From positions 60,524,464-60,588,463 of the forward strand of contig NC_043011.1 in NCBI RefSeq assembly GCF_006345805.1: DNA of 64,000 bases. Direction: 5' to 3'. This DNA is from Octopus sinensis. Lineage: Eukaryota. Under the pieces are notes generated by a model, which ran no database searches, was not told the DNA's origin, and saw only the letters and a list, made by a program, of their open reading frames with translations. A program made the position numbers and the translations under genes. Numbering within the stretch: position 1 is the first letter of the stretch; each line of letters starts with the position of its first letter. Positions 38,366 through 53,237 of this stretch are shown here, in pieces.

Positions 38366-40289
38366 GTATATGTTTGTGTGTCTGTGTTTGTCCCCCCAAC
38401 ATCGCTTGACAACCGATGCTGGTGTGTTTACGTCCCCGTCACTTAGCGGTTCAGTAAAAGAGACTGATAGAATAAGTACTAGGTTTACAAAGAATAAGTC
38501 CTGGGATCCATTTGCTTGACTAAAGGCAGTGCTCCAGCATGGCCACAGTCAAATGACTGAAACAAATAAAAGGATAAAAAACAAAAGAACATAGTGCAAC
38601 ATAAATTCGCATTTTGTCTCCTCGAATCAACATGGCTGTCGGACATTAAAATGCTTCTTCCGTTACCTACAAACAGTCTTAGTCTTGGTTCTCATTAGAT
38701 TTTCTTAAAATTTTTCATTGCAAGAGACATCGGATTTAATGTTCATTATTCCATGTCTGCAAGGGCTGGACAGCATTTTTTGAGGCAGATTTTCTACGGC
38801 AGGATGTCCTACCTGTCACCAACCCTCACCTGTTTCCAGGCAAGGTATTATTTCCTTACAACCAGACATGTTTTTGCAGAAGATCGTAAACGAAGACCAC
38901 CACTCTCAGGATGGTGGCGTTCGTTTTACAACCATCACATGATGCCACGGCAAGGATAAAGTAACATGCACACGTGCATACACATATACATACATGACTA
39001 TACACACGTGTGTGTGTGTGTGTAAGTGAGTGAGTGTGTATATGTGACAGGCTTCCATAAAGTTTCTGTCTACCAAATCCATTCATAAGCCTTTAGTTGG
39101 CTTAGAGTTATAAGAAGAAGACACTTGCCCATGGTACCACACAGTGGATTGAACCCAAAACCATGTGGTTGGGAAACAAGCTTCTTACCACACAGCCACA
39201 CCTTAATAAATCCCAGTGTTTTTTTGAATTGCAAACAAAACAAAGAAAAAAAAAAGAAACAAATTTCTGATCGTGTTGCTGACCAATCTTTCTTACTTCC
39301 GTCATCAATTCAAAGCTAACGCCTTTCTTCCTTGGGTGACCAACAGTATAACTTCTACAGAGCCATGGTCCACCAGAGATCTATCTGCTCCCCCATATCA
39401 CTAATGAGCAGCCCCATGGAGTTGGGAATTTCAAAGAAAGCTATTTTGTTACTTTTAACACCATCAAAGCTCTGAAGACACCAAACAGGAGAGGGAGAAG
39501 TGTATCATACATCTTTCATATTAATGGTGTGTAACTTAGGGGAATTCAGCTGCCGATTATAAGGCCGTGAGTTCAATTCCTGGCAGCTTGTTGTGTCCTT
39601 GAGCAAGACGCTTTTATTTCACATTGCTCCAGTTGACTCATCTGGCAAAAACGAGTTGTACCAGTAATTCAAAGTGGCCAGCCTTGTCACATTGTATCAC
39701 ACTGAAACTCCCTGAGAACTATTAATCCATTAAGGGTACACATGTCTGTGGAGTGCTCAGCCACCTCCACATTAATTTCACAAGCAGGCTGTTTGTTAAT
39801 CGGATCAACTGGAAGTCTCATTGTTGTAACTGATGGAGTGCCAATCCTCTTTCACATATTAGACTGAATCCATTTTTTGTCAGGCCATCATCATCATCAT
39901 CATTATCATCATCGTTTAACATCTGCTTTCCATGCTAGCATGGGTTGGACGAATGACTGAGGGCTGGCGAACCAGATGGCTGCACCAGGCTTCAATCTTG
40001 ATCTGGCAGAGTTTCTACAGCTGGATGCCCTTCCTAACGCCAACCACTCCTAGAGTGTAGTGGGTGCTTTTTACATGCCACCGGCACAGGGTCCAGTCAG
40101 GTGGTACTGGCAACAACCTCGCTCGAATCTTTTACACATGCCACCAGCACAGGTGCCAGTAAGGCGATGCTGGTAATGATCATGCTCGAATGGTGTCTCT
40201 TTTATGTGCCACCGGCACTCTGGCAATAATCACGCTCGGATGGTGCTCTTAATACCCTACTAGCATGGGGCTAAATGTTACCAAACCAT

Positions 40290-40500
40290 CACAACACAAC
40301 TCTGGTGTGCTTCAAAGTGCAGCGATTCACCCATTTTTTCCCTCCTGAACTGCTTGTCATCATATCTAACACCAAACATATTTGAATACATACCATACTA
40401 ATGGTTCTTTCTACTTTCACTTTCTGCTGACAGATTTTGATAACAATCACTGCCAAACCTGTGCCACTTTGATTAACAGAGATTGCAAACACAACCTCCT
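40290..40500 (-). pseudogene. Probable LINE AP-endonuclease fragment; possibly continued at ~39260-39480 and ~37800-38160
   Basis: GTGLAVIVIK..QKVKVERTISMVCIQICL resembles the GVAIxV...VxRxSDRI segment of APE domains. The match is weak. Confidence 0.4.
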
Positions 40501-41370
40501 AATAAAGTCAGGACAATTTAGCCGGTTTCAACAACACAGAGACACAGAGACTTAGATCAAGGAAACCATCTTGTACATAATTCTATCTAGTTTCAGGCAA
40601 TACACAAAATATTGAAGATTTCTACAAATACTAGAGAACTTGATATCAAGTATTCTGATATCATCACATGCTAAAATGAAAGCACTTGTCTTCCTATGAT
40701 GTACAATGTTGTCCTTTATACAAATGGTGTTAGATTTCAGCTTGGCAGAGTCTCTTACGCTGAATTGTCATAAGTCAAATTCTATGATAAATAATTCTAG
40801 ATGTATTACTTGTGAATTATTCCCAGTCAGTGGTTGGACAATGAATAATGAAACAGTTTGAAATTCTGCGAATACAACCTCACATCCACATGTATTTATT
40901 TAGGTGTGGTTGTGTAGGTACGGGGGAGGGGGGCCTGAGTGGTGAGGAAGCTTTCTTCCCAGTTATGTGGTCTTCAGTTCAGTCCCACTACATGGTACCT
41001 TGAGTAAGTGTCTTCTGTTGTAGCACAGGGTTGACTGAAAACTGGTGAGTGGAATGGGTGGATGGAAACTAAAAGAAACCTATAACACACACACACATCC
41101 TTTGAGTTCATTTATGTGAAATGTTTTTGAGTGTGCTCATACAAAGTTCCTCTGCTGTTCATTCTGGCTACCACTTATTCTATTCTTCCAGATTAATTCT
41201 ATGGAATGGTTATTAGTGTGGTGCCGTTATAGGGTAGGATCAATATAGTGATAACAAGAAGTCTTGGATGGAAATTCATAAGTCCTTTGATGCATTGCTA
41301 CATATGTTTCCACAAAGCACATGTTTTTTTGTTGCTGCTTCCCCCTCATATACACATTTATATATATATA

Positions 41371-41411
<41 letters not shown>

Positions 41412-41895
41412 GGGTGTGTGTGTGTATGTGTGCATATATATATATAGTAATACTAACTTCGGTATGTGGTGATGCATTTCTTTTGCTGACCCCTTAATAT
41501 TAGTATTACTAGAATTTACCGTATAACGGCCCTGTTTTCATCCCAAATTCTACTTGGTGAAATTTATTGATTACTTCGTAATTAATTAGTTTTACCCTTA
41601 ATTGCTATATATACATATATACATGTGTGTGTTAGTGTGTGCCTTGTTTTAATGTTACATGATGGTTGTAAATGAGCATCACCATCATACAAGCAATGTG
41701 GTTCATTTATAGTTTTCCATGGAAAAGATATCTACCATCGAAAATATTATTTGCTTAGACAAGTGAGGAACAGGGACAAAAAGGACATCTGGCAACAAAA
41801 AATGTGTCTCACCAAGTTCCGTCTTACACACACATGCAGGCATGCAAAAGAGGACATTAAAATGATGATGATGATAATGCTGCTGCTGCTGCTAC

Positions 41896-41927
<32 letters not shown>

Positions 41928-44153
41928 GTGGTGGTGATGATGACGATGTGAATTAAAAACCATGAAGGCCTTTTTCTGTCGGCTTGGCTCAACTAACCAT
42001 TTCCATTGTTATTTAACAAGATACATTGCCACACACACATTGCCAAACTGTCCATAATGGTAACAGAAGATCATTTAGCAAATTGTGAATGAAAGTTAAG
42101 TCTGAGGTATCTCGTTTAATTAATGGCACAAGATTAATGGCCTGACAAAACTTACTCCAGTGCTAATACAGTGTTGGTTATGAATAAATAAATATATGGA
42201 CTCATTTTGATATATATATTTAGAATTGCAATGAAGTTAGATTCTCCAGGGGTTTACCAGTAGCTTTAATGAAGATGGAAGTGATTGATAATATTTATTT
42301 AGCTTGGTTTGGCAGGAAAATAATGGTTTTACAATTTTCTGGCAAGGTGCAAGCATGGTTGAATAATTTGTTTGCCAACCATGTGATTTTAAGTTCAGTC
42401 TCACTGTATAACACTTGGCACAAGTATCTTCTAGAGCAGCCAAAGATCATGTGAAGGATTGTGGATTTGAATTTGGTAGATGGAAAATTGAAGCCACCAT
42501 GACTGAAATGCATAAAAGATTCTACCAACCCTATTAGAAGAGGTTTTTTTTTTTGTAGTTATTCTTTTATAATTTTACTTCTTTCAGTATTTTGACTGCG
42601 GCCATGCTGGAGCACCACCTTTAGATGTGCAAATCGACCCCAGGATTTATTCTTTGTAAACCTAGTACTTATTCTATTGGTCTCTTTTGCCAAACTGCTA
42701 AGTTATGGGGACATAAACACACCAGTATCAATTATCATGCAATGTTGTGGGGACAAACACAGACACACAACCATATACACACACATACATACATATATAT
42801 GATGGGCTTCTTTCAGTTTCTGTCTACCAAATCCACTTACAAGGCTTTGGTTGGCCTGAGGCTATAGTAGAAGACACTTACCCAAGGTACCATGCAGTGG
42901 GACTGAACCCGGAACCATGTGGTTTGTAAGCAAGCTACTTACCACACAGCCATGTAGAAAATAATGAAAAATGTGCACAGAAAGTATGAGTTTGCTTGTT
43001 AAAAACTTTTCCAAGTGATAGAGAGCATCAATCTTTTTCCAGTTGACTTATTTAACCTTTTGTTACTGTGTTTTTGGTGAAATACAAAGCTGTTGTTTGA
43101 ATTAATTTTGAAAATATCAAATGATTTACTAACATAACTGCCTAACTGCCATTATTAAGTTGATGTTAGGAACATAAATTAAATTGGAATGTTGATGGAT
43201 GGTTTTAATTTAGACTGTTTTCAAGCAGTAATTGGTATTTTAGAACTAGGAGCAGTCACAGGTGTCAGAAGGATTAAAGACAAGAATCACAACAATGATA
43301 GAGATTGGCCAATGTGGAGTGTCAAGCCATTTTTTGTTTACTGCTTCTGTTCTTTGATAACGCTGAGTTAATTTCTCAGCTCTGACAACAGAAAATGGAT
43401 AGTTTACTATAGAAAAAAAGAAAAAAAATGGACAAAAATATACTTTATAGAATTTTTTAGAATGAATGTAATAACCAGCCTAAATTGAATTGAGTATAAT
43501 GAGAAAAGCTCAAAGAATTTATACAATCAAACGTGTAGGAAATTTTCTGTATAAACAAATTATGGTAGAGGAGCTAACTAAAGGTGGTGGTGGTGGTGGT
43601 GGTGGGGAGGTTTAACACTCTATGGTATCTCTCAGTGATGTTTTCAATGATAATTTTTGTGAACAGATGAATCATTTCTTTGGGTTCCTGTAGTTGGAAT
43701 TCATGTCCAGAAGGACAAAGAATGCCAAGAGCGAAAAAAGAAAAAAAGGAGGAAGGTTACAAACACATTATTTGTCAAATGAAATTGCAAAATTAATTTT
43801 ATTTCTCTTAACTCTAGTTTCATTTTGATACAATCATAGTCTTTGAAATGTCAAAGGCAAAAAATCACTGTTCAATAATACAACACCTGATGCCATACAT
43901 GTTGAACAGGTAGAAGTTTTGCCATAATTTACCTTCAAAGTATAAATTGTGATCTTCAGATTCAAGAGAGGTCTGTATGTTTTGAAGATGTTTATAAGGG
44001 TCAGATCCCCAGATAAAGAACCTCATAAAGTAACCATAAAGTAAAAATAGCATTCTCATGGAAGGCTGCAGGAACCAAGATATGACAATGGTACCAATAT
44101 AGCAGTGACGTGTATACAAGGATAAAAGATGAAAGTAAAGGTGGGCAGAAGGA

Positions 44154-44385
44154 AGCAGCGAGCTGGCAGAATCGTTAGCACGCTGGGCGAAATGCGTAGT
44201 CGTATTTCGTCTGCTGTTACATTCTGAGTTCAAATTCCGCCGAGGTTGACTTTGCCTTTCATCCTTTCGGGGTCGATAAATTAAGTACCAGTTACGCACT
44301 GGGATCGATGTAATCGACTTAATCCGTTTGTCTGTCCTTGTTTGTCACCTCTATGTTTAGCCCCTGGTGGGTAGTAAAGAAATAA
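44154..44385 (+). mobile_element. Family B SINE, full length
   Basis: Matches 13485-13720. AGAAGGAAG occurs at both ends, a possible TSD. Confidence 0.9.
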
Positions 44386-45614
44386 GAAGGAAGGGCATCC
44401 AGCTGTAGAAAATTCACCTGAACAAATTCTGTCTGACCTATGCAAACATGGAAGAATATTAAATGATGATGATGATGATGATAATGATAGTTGCAATGCA
44501 TTGCCTTTGTGTTGCACCGATTCAACAAACTACTGTACTGAAGCACTTACCATTCTCAGAACTATTGGAAGTGTTTATAATTAATAAAAAAGTAGTATAT
44601 TCTCCACCACCCCCACACAATCTGTCTATCATTATCTTATTTGTCAATTACCTGATCATCAGTCAAAAATTGAAAGTGTGAAATGATTTGCATCAAATCT
44701 TATTGATATCAAATTGGCTCTGCAATATGTTCTATAATTTCATCCTTTAGTATTCAAACTGACCATATCAGACCCAAATATTCTACCTGTCTTATGTTCA
44801 AACTGACCGGATCATGCCTCTCATACTGACCCTACAATGTCATTCTAAAAATAAACAATCACATTATTGAGATCGCAAAGCTACAAAATAATAATAATTA
44901 ATTTAAAATACTGTGAATGAATAAGTATTAGATTTGACAAAGTTATCTGAGTGATTCAGCGCTAATCTGATACAAAAGACCAAAAGTAAAGTAAAAAAAA
45001 CTATTAAATACATGTCATTTTATAAGTGTTTAGACCTGTCATCATTCAACATTGTTACTGCCATTAACATCTGTATCTATGATAGCTTCCGCCATTTACA
45101 TCTGCAAACTTTCAAGCGTTGGGCTTTGTGGGGACAATGACTGAAACCTTTAGCATTATGTTGTGCTTGAGAAGAAGACCCATCAAGCTGAGCAAAATCG
45201 CAGTTGTGGCAGATACTAGTGTCATACAAATGGCACCCTGTGCTGGTGGCATGTAAAAACACCAATTACACTCTCGGACTGGTTGGCATTAGGAAGGACA
45301 ACAGCCATAGAAACTATACCAAATCAGACTGGAGTCTGGTGCAGCCTTCCAGATTACCAGCCCTGATCAAACCTTCCAACCCATGCAAGCATGGACAATG
45401 GACATTAAATGATGATGATGATAATGATGATGACGATGATGACGAACCATATGTGATGCTAATACTGATAATGAAGTAAGAAATATCAAGACTTACTCTG
45501 ACTGAGGTATGTTATGTGACCTAGGACTCATAATGCTAGAGCTTAACTGGTTTTCCATGATGTAAAAGTGACTTAGAATCTAAGTCACATTAATATCATG
45601 GAAAACTTTTACAT

Positions 45615-45900
45615 CAGTGGTTCCCAAAGTGGGCAGTGCCACAGCCTAGGGGCAGTGGAAAGAACTAGGGGAGAGTTGAAGAAAGCTGAAGTGATAATGG
45701 GATGACCAAAACGGGGCAATGGATGTAAAAAAACAAACAAACTAAAGGGTTAATCAGGTTATGATTTATTTGTGAAATAGTGTTGCTTTGAATTTGCTGC
45801 AGAAAATGGTTTTTGTCTGTGATGGTGAGTGGGGAGGGGGCACTGGGAATATGGCCTTAGAACCAAGGGGTGGCAGCCTGAAAAAGTTTGGGAACCACTG
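45615..45900. mobile_element. hAT (Buster/Charlie) MITE
   Basis: TIR CAGTGGTTCCCAAA ... TTTGGGAACCACTG. Flanks TTTTACAT and ACTTAGAT match at 5/8 with a central TA. Confidence 0.88.
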
Positions 45901-47111
45901 ACTTAGATGACACCAGTTCATTGCAGGGTTAACTTAGAAGCCATTGCTGGAAGCCATTCACAGCTGGATGAACCAAAGACCAAAGCAACATGAAAGGAAG
46001 TGTTTTTGCTTAAGAACACAATACATCACCTGGTCTGGGAATTGAAACTGTAACCTTGTGATATAGAGTGCTTCACCCGAATCACTTGGTCCAAGTTTGA
46101 GAAACTCACTCAAAATTCATCTTTTTTGCTTCATTTTTTAATTTTTTTTACTTGTTTCAGTCATTAGTGTGTGGCCATGCTGGGGCACCACTTTGAAGAA
46201 TTTTTAGAATTTTAGAATTGACCTCAGTCCTTTTTTTTATTTTTCAAGCTTTGTACTTATTCTATCAATCACTTTTACCAAGCTGCTAAGTTAAGGGGAC
46301 ATAAACAAACCAACACTGGATATCAAGTGGTGGTGGTGAACACACAGACAAAAAGACACAGACACACACACATACACATGCAGGGAGATATGTGTATGTA
46401 TATATATATAACAGGATTCTTTCAGTTTCCATCTACTAAATCCACACTCACAGGACTTCAGTAGAAGGCACATGCCCAAAAGTGCCATGCAGTGGGGCTG
46501 AACCTAGAACCATGTGATTAAGAAGCAAACTTCTTACTACACAGCCACACCGGCAACATCAATTTTATATAATGTTGACAGGTGGGAAACATGTCACTGC
46601 AAACTAAAATTAAATTACAAACGAATGAAAGGAAATTAATAGAAATTTTGGATGAGAATCAATCAAAGAAATTGGAAGCTAAAAGACCTGACATATGCAG
46701 AATCGTTATTTCAAGTGTCTTTTTTTTAAGGTCACTGTGTTCTGTCAGCGGTGGTTTAACAAGAATTAAAGCTGCAAAGAAAATTCCTGGTATTTTTTTC
46801 ATTTCTCTGGAAAAAAATTTACTCAATAATATTGGGAAAGCTTTTGACCACAAAGTAAATGTCATTTTCATAAATTTACAATGCTGATGTAAATGGCAAA
46901 GAACTCTCAAATGAATAAATCAACAGGAAAACTCTGATAGACTGTGGGGAACAATGACATAAATCCATCGATCATTCAGCAAAATATACAAACTAGAAAA
47001 CTTCACTTAAAATATTTTTGTATCATCCCAGATTTTTCTGCTTCCCCATAGCATTCCTTCGACAGGCTGAAGCCTTTTGTAACCATATTTCTGTTAAAAT
47101 ACACTGCTTTT

Positions 47112-47299
47112 ATTGTGCCTGGGGAGAGTCTTTCTCTTTTAGTGCCTTATTATTTAAAACACTCACTGGTTGGAGATCGAACTGGTGAGTGTGTTAAATA
47201 ATAAGGCACTAAAAGAGGAATGACTCGCCCCAAGCACAATAAAATATGCTTCAACACACGAATTCACATAAAGAATCTTGCAAACCAAATACAAAAACG
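47112..47299. mobile_element. Fold-back insertion with 15-bp TSD, inside a piggyBac-like MITE
   Basis: ~62-bp inverted arms around GGAGATCG plus a ~55-bp tail. AAATACACTGCTTTT (47097-47111) and AAATACGCTGCTTTT (47300-47314). Confidence 0.8.
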
Positions 47300-48939
47300 A
47301 AATACGCTGCTTTTGTTTCAATGAAATTTTGAAAATAACAAATAATTTAAGGAAATAACTTTGTCGTTAATAAACTGGTGTTTTGGAACATAGATTCACA
47401 TGGAATTTTGGAGGAGGATTTTAATTTATATCACTTTAAAATAAGATGTTTGCATCATAGATACTAGATTTTGTGGGTTAAAATGATTAAAAAACTACCT
47501 GACAAACAAATCTACCAGAAGGTCACCTGGTGTCCTTAGTCTCATGCAGCACTGAATTGGAAGTCAATTGAAATATTGATTTCAGGCAAAACTGCACACA
47601 AGATGGTGTGCAAAACGTTTCTTAATAAATGGAAACCCAGTGAGACATTCTAAGGTTTTTTGGTAATAAATCCATATTATAATAAATGCCATTTTTCTCT
47701 CTTTTATCTATCAATTCATCGCACACTATCCTCTGATCGAGACAATCTGCAAATAATTTATTTGGAGAAACAAAATAAAAAATAGTGAATTTAATTAATT
47801 CATTCATTGAGGTATCTTATGCAAAATGGGGAAAAATTTATGATTGTGTTTCATTTTTAGTTAAAGCTTATTTATTCCTCTCAAACCACCACACACAAAA
47901 ACTATGTCTATGAATATTTCATTCTCAAATATATCTATAAACTGGGAGATGAAAGGAAAAAGTTTAAGACAAGGAGACTGGAAGAAGAAGACAGAGAGAG
48001 AGGGAATGAAAGCAGTGACAGATTTACTCAAGTTTTCAGACTGTAAAACAATTATGTATATGTATATGGTAAGAAATTCATTGTCATTGCTCTGATTTGG
48101 TTGCCAATGCCATGTATTTAGTTTAAAATACAGTAAAAATAGGGGGGGGAGGGTATTAAGAATTAAGTGGACCTTAAAAAAATAGACCCCCTTAGGTCAT
48201 TCCCTAGGATTAGGGGAGTTGCTGGTTTGAGTCATGTTGTCCTTGCACCAACTGTCTAGGAGGAGTTAACGAACATAAAAATGTAACGGACAGAGAAACA
48301 TCACTCAAATTCATAATTAGTCAAAGAATATAAAAAGGCTTCAGGGAGAAACACAACCTAAATTCCAATATTTTACCCAATCATACAATCCCAAATACAA
48401 TATCTATTTTTCTGAAAATGACCATAGAAATAATGTTAAGACTGTTTTAATTCTTTTAAAGACTCTTTGTAGTTAAACTAACTACATTTTAGATTAAAGA
48501 TAATATGTTAAATGGATAAACAATTTGAATTTACAATTTTACCTTCTTACAGAGCAATTTTACCTTCAGCAGAGCAACGGGTATCAAACTGGTAAATAAT
48601 CAAAATTATACTCTTGTAAAAACTGATGAGTGGGGCCCAAGAAAAGTCATGCTGTGATTATAAATATTTATCTGAATGGTCCCTGAGAAATGTGCAACTG
48701 GTGTACATATAGACATATATCAGAACCATTGACATTGTGTGAGGGGTCCAATCTTGTGGGTGCCTGATGACCTGACCAGTATTGCGCTTGTGACATGGAA
48801 AAAGCACCTAAATACACTCTGTGAAGTGTAGAAACCATGCCAAAGCAGATATTGGATTCAGGTACATCCCTCTAGTTAATCAGTTCATGTCAAATCATCC
48901 AACCCATGCCAGCATGGAAAAAGGGAAGTTAAACGGTGA

Positions 48940-48977
<38 letters not shown>

Positions 48978-49437
48978 AGTGCATGAGACACAAATACATA
49001 TATGTGTGTTCATATGTGTTAATGAATCTATGGCTATATACACATTTTGATATACACACAGCTATTATTTTTTGAACTAGAAGTGAACTTGCAACTGTCA
49101 CTGCTCCTTAAGCTACAAGTGCAGACATTTTGTAACCTAATATGGAAAGAAAGCTGAAATATAAGGTTAATAAATTCAAAAGTCAGAGGGACCCCAACAA
49201 CTGTGAATGTCTCCCTTGGAAGCCGATATACATTGTACACTCTTTCACTCAGAGTTTCTCTTTCCACATTATCACTTCTTCGCAAAAAGGAAATGATAAT
49301 GTCTTTATCTTATATTATCTTTTGCTTTTCAGTAAAAGCCACTGAACTGCAGCCAAGCTGGAGCACCACCTTGAAGGGTTCAGATGAACAAAATGACACC
49401 ACTCCTTATTATTTTTTAAATCTGGTACTTATTCTGG

Positions 49438-49527
49438 AATAAAGATTGTTTGCCAACATAACATGGTAGTCCTGGTTTAGGACGAATGTTGCTGTAATTT
49501 AGCAACATTCGTTCTAAACCAGGACTG
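49438..49527. mobile_element. Second fold-back copy of the 6573 family, with a different inversion point
   Basis: Same left arm, then a short inverted arm AGCAACATTCGTTCTAAACCAGGACT. Confidence 0.8.
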
Positions 49528-50322
49528 ATTACTCAGTTTCTAAGGTGTGTAAATCACTGAAGTCACAACACTGCCCCCTGTCACTCCTGAATGGAACACT
49601 AGTCCATTACAAGATTCAAGGCTTGTATTTCAAAGGGGAGGGCACAAGCTGATTGTATTGACTCTCGTACTTGACTGGTGTTACATTTTATCAACCTGAA
49701 CAGATGAAAGGTAAAGTTGGCCAAGGTAGGATTTGAACCCAGAAGGTATAAAGCCAGAAGAAATGCTACTAATAATTTTACAAGCTCAATGCCAATTGTA
49801 GTTGCTTAGTCTGCTGGAAATAGTAGTTTATTTTCCCTCATTTCAGAACACAATTGTCTCAAAAGGAGGCGAAAGACACGTTACTTAATGTAATTTGATT
49901 TAGGTTATTTGGAAGAAAGAATTATGAGATGGTAACAGCTGGAATAACATTGCTTCTGGAGCAGATGGATTAGCGCTGAAGTCACCTGACACTAAACAGC
50001 AACAACAATAAAGGAAGTGAGCCGATGCGGATGTCTCCAAATATTTGCACAATCTGCTGGAAATAAAAACCAAACCTCCCCCAAAATAATACACCTACCA
50101 TCATAAAAATGTAAAGGATCCATTGTAGAATATAATGGTAGACATAGAAATAGACAGATTGGTCATAACAGGGTCAGGTGTGAGCTGTGCTTGCACTAAA
50201 ATACAATGAAGATGATAACAACAACGGTAACTAAGAGAGGGATGATGACTACAATGGCAACAAGAATAATACACAGCAACATATTTATTGACTTGACAGC
50301 AGCACTGTAGTTTAGAAACAAC

Positions 50323-50371
<49 letters not shown>

Positions 50372-50763
50372 GTAGGGTGCCAAGAGCACCATCTGAGCGT
50401 GACCGTTGCCTGAGCAGCCAACTGGCTCCTGTACCTGTGGCACGTAAAATGGCACCATTCGAGCGTGATCGTTACCAAGGTCGCCTTACTGGTGCCTGTG
50501 CTGGTGGCATGTGTAAAAAGATTCAAGCGAGGTCATTGCCAGTACAGCCTGACTGGCCCCTGTGCTGGTGGCACGTAAAAAGCACCCACTACACTCTTGG
50601 AGTGGTTGGCGTTAGGAATGGCATCCAGCTGTAGAAACTCTGCCAGATCAAGATTGGAGCCTGGTGCAGCCGTCTTGTTCACCAGCCCTCAGTCAAAATC
50701 GTCCAACCCATGCTAGCATGGAAAGTGGACGTTAAACAATGATTATTATTATGATTCTGATTA

Positions 50764-50797
<34 letters not shown>

Positions 50798-50892
50798 GGT
50801 GGTGAGCTTGCAAAATCACTAGCACAACAGGCAAAGTGCTAAGTGGTATTTTGTACATTTTCACATTTTGAGTTCAAATTCTGCCAGGGTTG

Positions 50893-50933
<41 letters not shown>

Positions 50934-51497
50934 GGTGGCAAGTTGTCAGAACTGTTAGCACATCAGGCAAAATGCTTAGCAGCATTTCACTTGCCTTAGG
51001 TTCTGAGTTCAGATTCCATTGAGGATGACTTTGCCTTTCATCCTTTCAGGGTCAATAAATTAAGTACAAGTTACGCACTGGGGTCAATGTAATCGACTAG
51101 TACCCTCCCACCACAAAATTTTAGGCCTTGTGCCTTTAGTAGAAAGGATCATCATCATTGTTGTCATCGTCATCATCATCTTTATCATCATTATTATTAT
51201 CATTTTACTTCTCAGAGCTCTCGGTCGTACTTGTTCTGGTTGATTCTGTGAGAGCAAACAACAACCTGTTATCAGACGTCTTACAAAGTCTACGATTATT
51301 ATTATAATAATTATTATTATGATCATCATCACTATTCAATAGCCTTATTTTTATCACGTGCTTTCACTGCTCTACCGAGAGCAGCTGAGTGTGGCTTGTA
51401 CTGTCTGTTTGTTTGGGTGTTGCTATTTTCGCTGTGTTGAAAGTTCTTTACATTGGATGTATACAGTGTCTAGAAGTACTATTTTCTGTACGTTATA

Positions 51498-51543
<46 letters not shown>

Positions 51544-51550
51544 CATTATT

Positions 51551-51836
51551 ATGTCAGAAAATGGTCAGTATGGATGGACCAATTCTGAGAATACACTTGT
51601 GAAAAAAAAAGTATAACAGGAGAAGGACTCTTGCCCTGTTGATCAGGCACCTGTGGTTCTTATGGGTTTTTCCACGAGTAACCTTTAAAGTGCCTCCCCC
51701 TATTGGGAGTTCTTATTTTATTTTTATCAAATGTTTACATGAATGTTTTTGTTTTTGCAAAACCCTTTGTATATCATCTTGTGTTGTCCTTTAATGTTTT
51801 GATTTATATTAGCCCTTGTGATCAATAAAAGAATGA

Positions 51837-51838
<2 letters not shown>
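51551..51838 (+). mobile_element. 3' end of an L1/Tx1-like LINE within (ATT)n
   Basis: Short ORF end (..KMVSMDGPILRIHL*), T-rich UTR, tail AGCCCTTGTGATCAATAAAAGAA, and (ATT)n on both sides. The same tail occurs at ~59560-59592. The clade is inference. Confidence 0.5.
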
Positions 51839-51890
<52 letters not shown>

Positions 51891-52865
51891 GTTGTTGTTG
51901 TTGTTATGGCAGTGAGCTGGCAGAGTTGTTAGCATGCAGGGTAAAATGTTTAGAGGTATTTCGTTTGCCACCACGTTCTAAGTTCAAATTCCACTGAGGT
52001 CACCTTTGCTCTTTATTCTTTTGGGGCTGATGAATAAAATACCAGTGAAACACTGGGGCAATGTGCCTTTAACAGAAAGGACTTTCTTTTTTAAACCATT
52101 GCATACTATGTATATGTCCCTTCTTTTTCAGTGTATACCACATATACATAACTTGTTTTTTTCTTTTATCATTTCATTATATATAAACCTCTCACACTTT
52201 CTGTCTGTCTTTCTATTTCCCCCTTCATCCCAATAGCAAATAAATGAAATCATCATCCTCATCATCATCATCATCAACCTCCTCATTGTCGAAGTCATCA
52301 TCACCATCATTATTATTGTGGTGTTGGTGGTAGTTGTTGTTGCATTTTTTCCCCCTCCCACGTATAAGTGTCCAAAGAATCAATACTCAAAAAGATCAAT
52401 TCAGAAAGACAGAAGTTGAGACGAACCTTCTGTTACATATTAGCGTTTTATGACAAAAAAAAAAAAAATTAAAAGAAAAAAAAAAGAAATGAAGAAAGAA
52501 AATTTCTTTTTCAAAATCAAGCAACATATTTCGGACATCTACTCCTTTCAATACAACTGACATGATACATAAATAAAGTAATTTTTAAAAAAGATGGGAA
52601 AAAAGGGTTTTCTTCCAGCAGTGACATGACAGTTATTGTAAATTGTAGCAATAAATATAAAAAAAACATAGCAAACTTAAGGGGTTTTTTGTTTTTCTTT
52701 TTTGTTATTTTCTACAGTTTCCATTTGTTTTAGAAGGAATTAATTTCTGTCAGTGTCAAGTCATAATCTGATCACATAGATAAGAGTGTGTGTTTGTGTG
52801 TATACATATACATACATACATATATATATATATACCAGCATATATATTTATACACACAAAACAAA

Positions 52866-52900
<35 letters not shown>

Positions 52901-53237
52901 ATAAATATATAAATACTCTCTCTTTTACTCTTTTACTTGTTTCAGTCATCTGACTGTAGCCATGCTGGAGCACTGCCTTTAGTCGAGCAAATCGACCCCA
53001 GGACTTATTCTTTGTAAGCCTAGTACTTATTCTATCAGTCTCTTTTGCTGAACCGCTAAGTGACAGGGATGTAAACACACCAGCATTGGTTGTCAAGCGA
53101 TGGGGGTGGGGGGACAAACACAGACACGCAAAAATATACATACACACATACATATATATACATATATGTGACAGGCTTCTTTCAGTTTCCACCTACCAAA
53201 TCCACTCACAAGGCTTTGGTCGGCCCGAGGCTATAGT

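Noticed and set aside
43865-44299. 144-aa ORF
   Set aside because: Its first third is an antisense SINE and the rest has no recognisable motif; possibly decayed LINE sequence.
46582-46910. Overlapping 101-aa and 83-aa ORFs in unique AT-rich DNA
   Set aside because: No recognisable domain or clear splice boundaries, and the length is compatible with chance.
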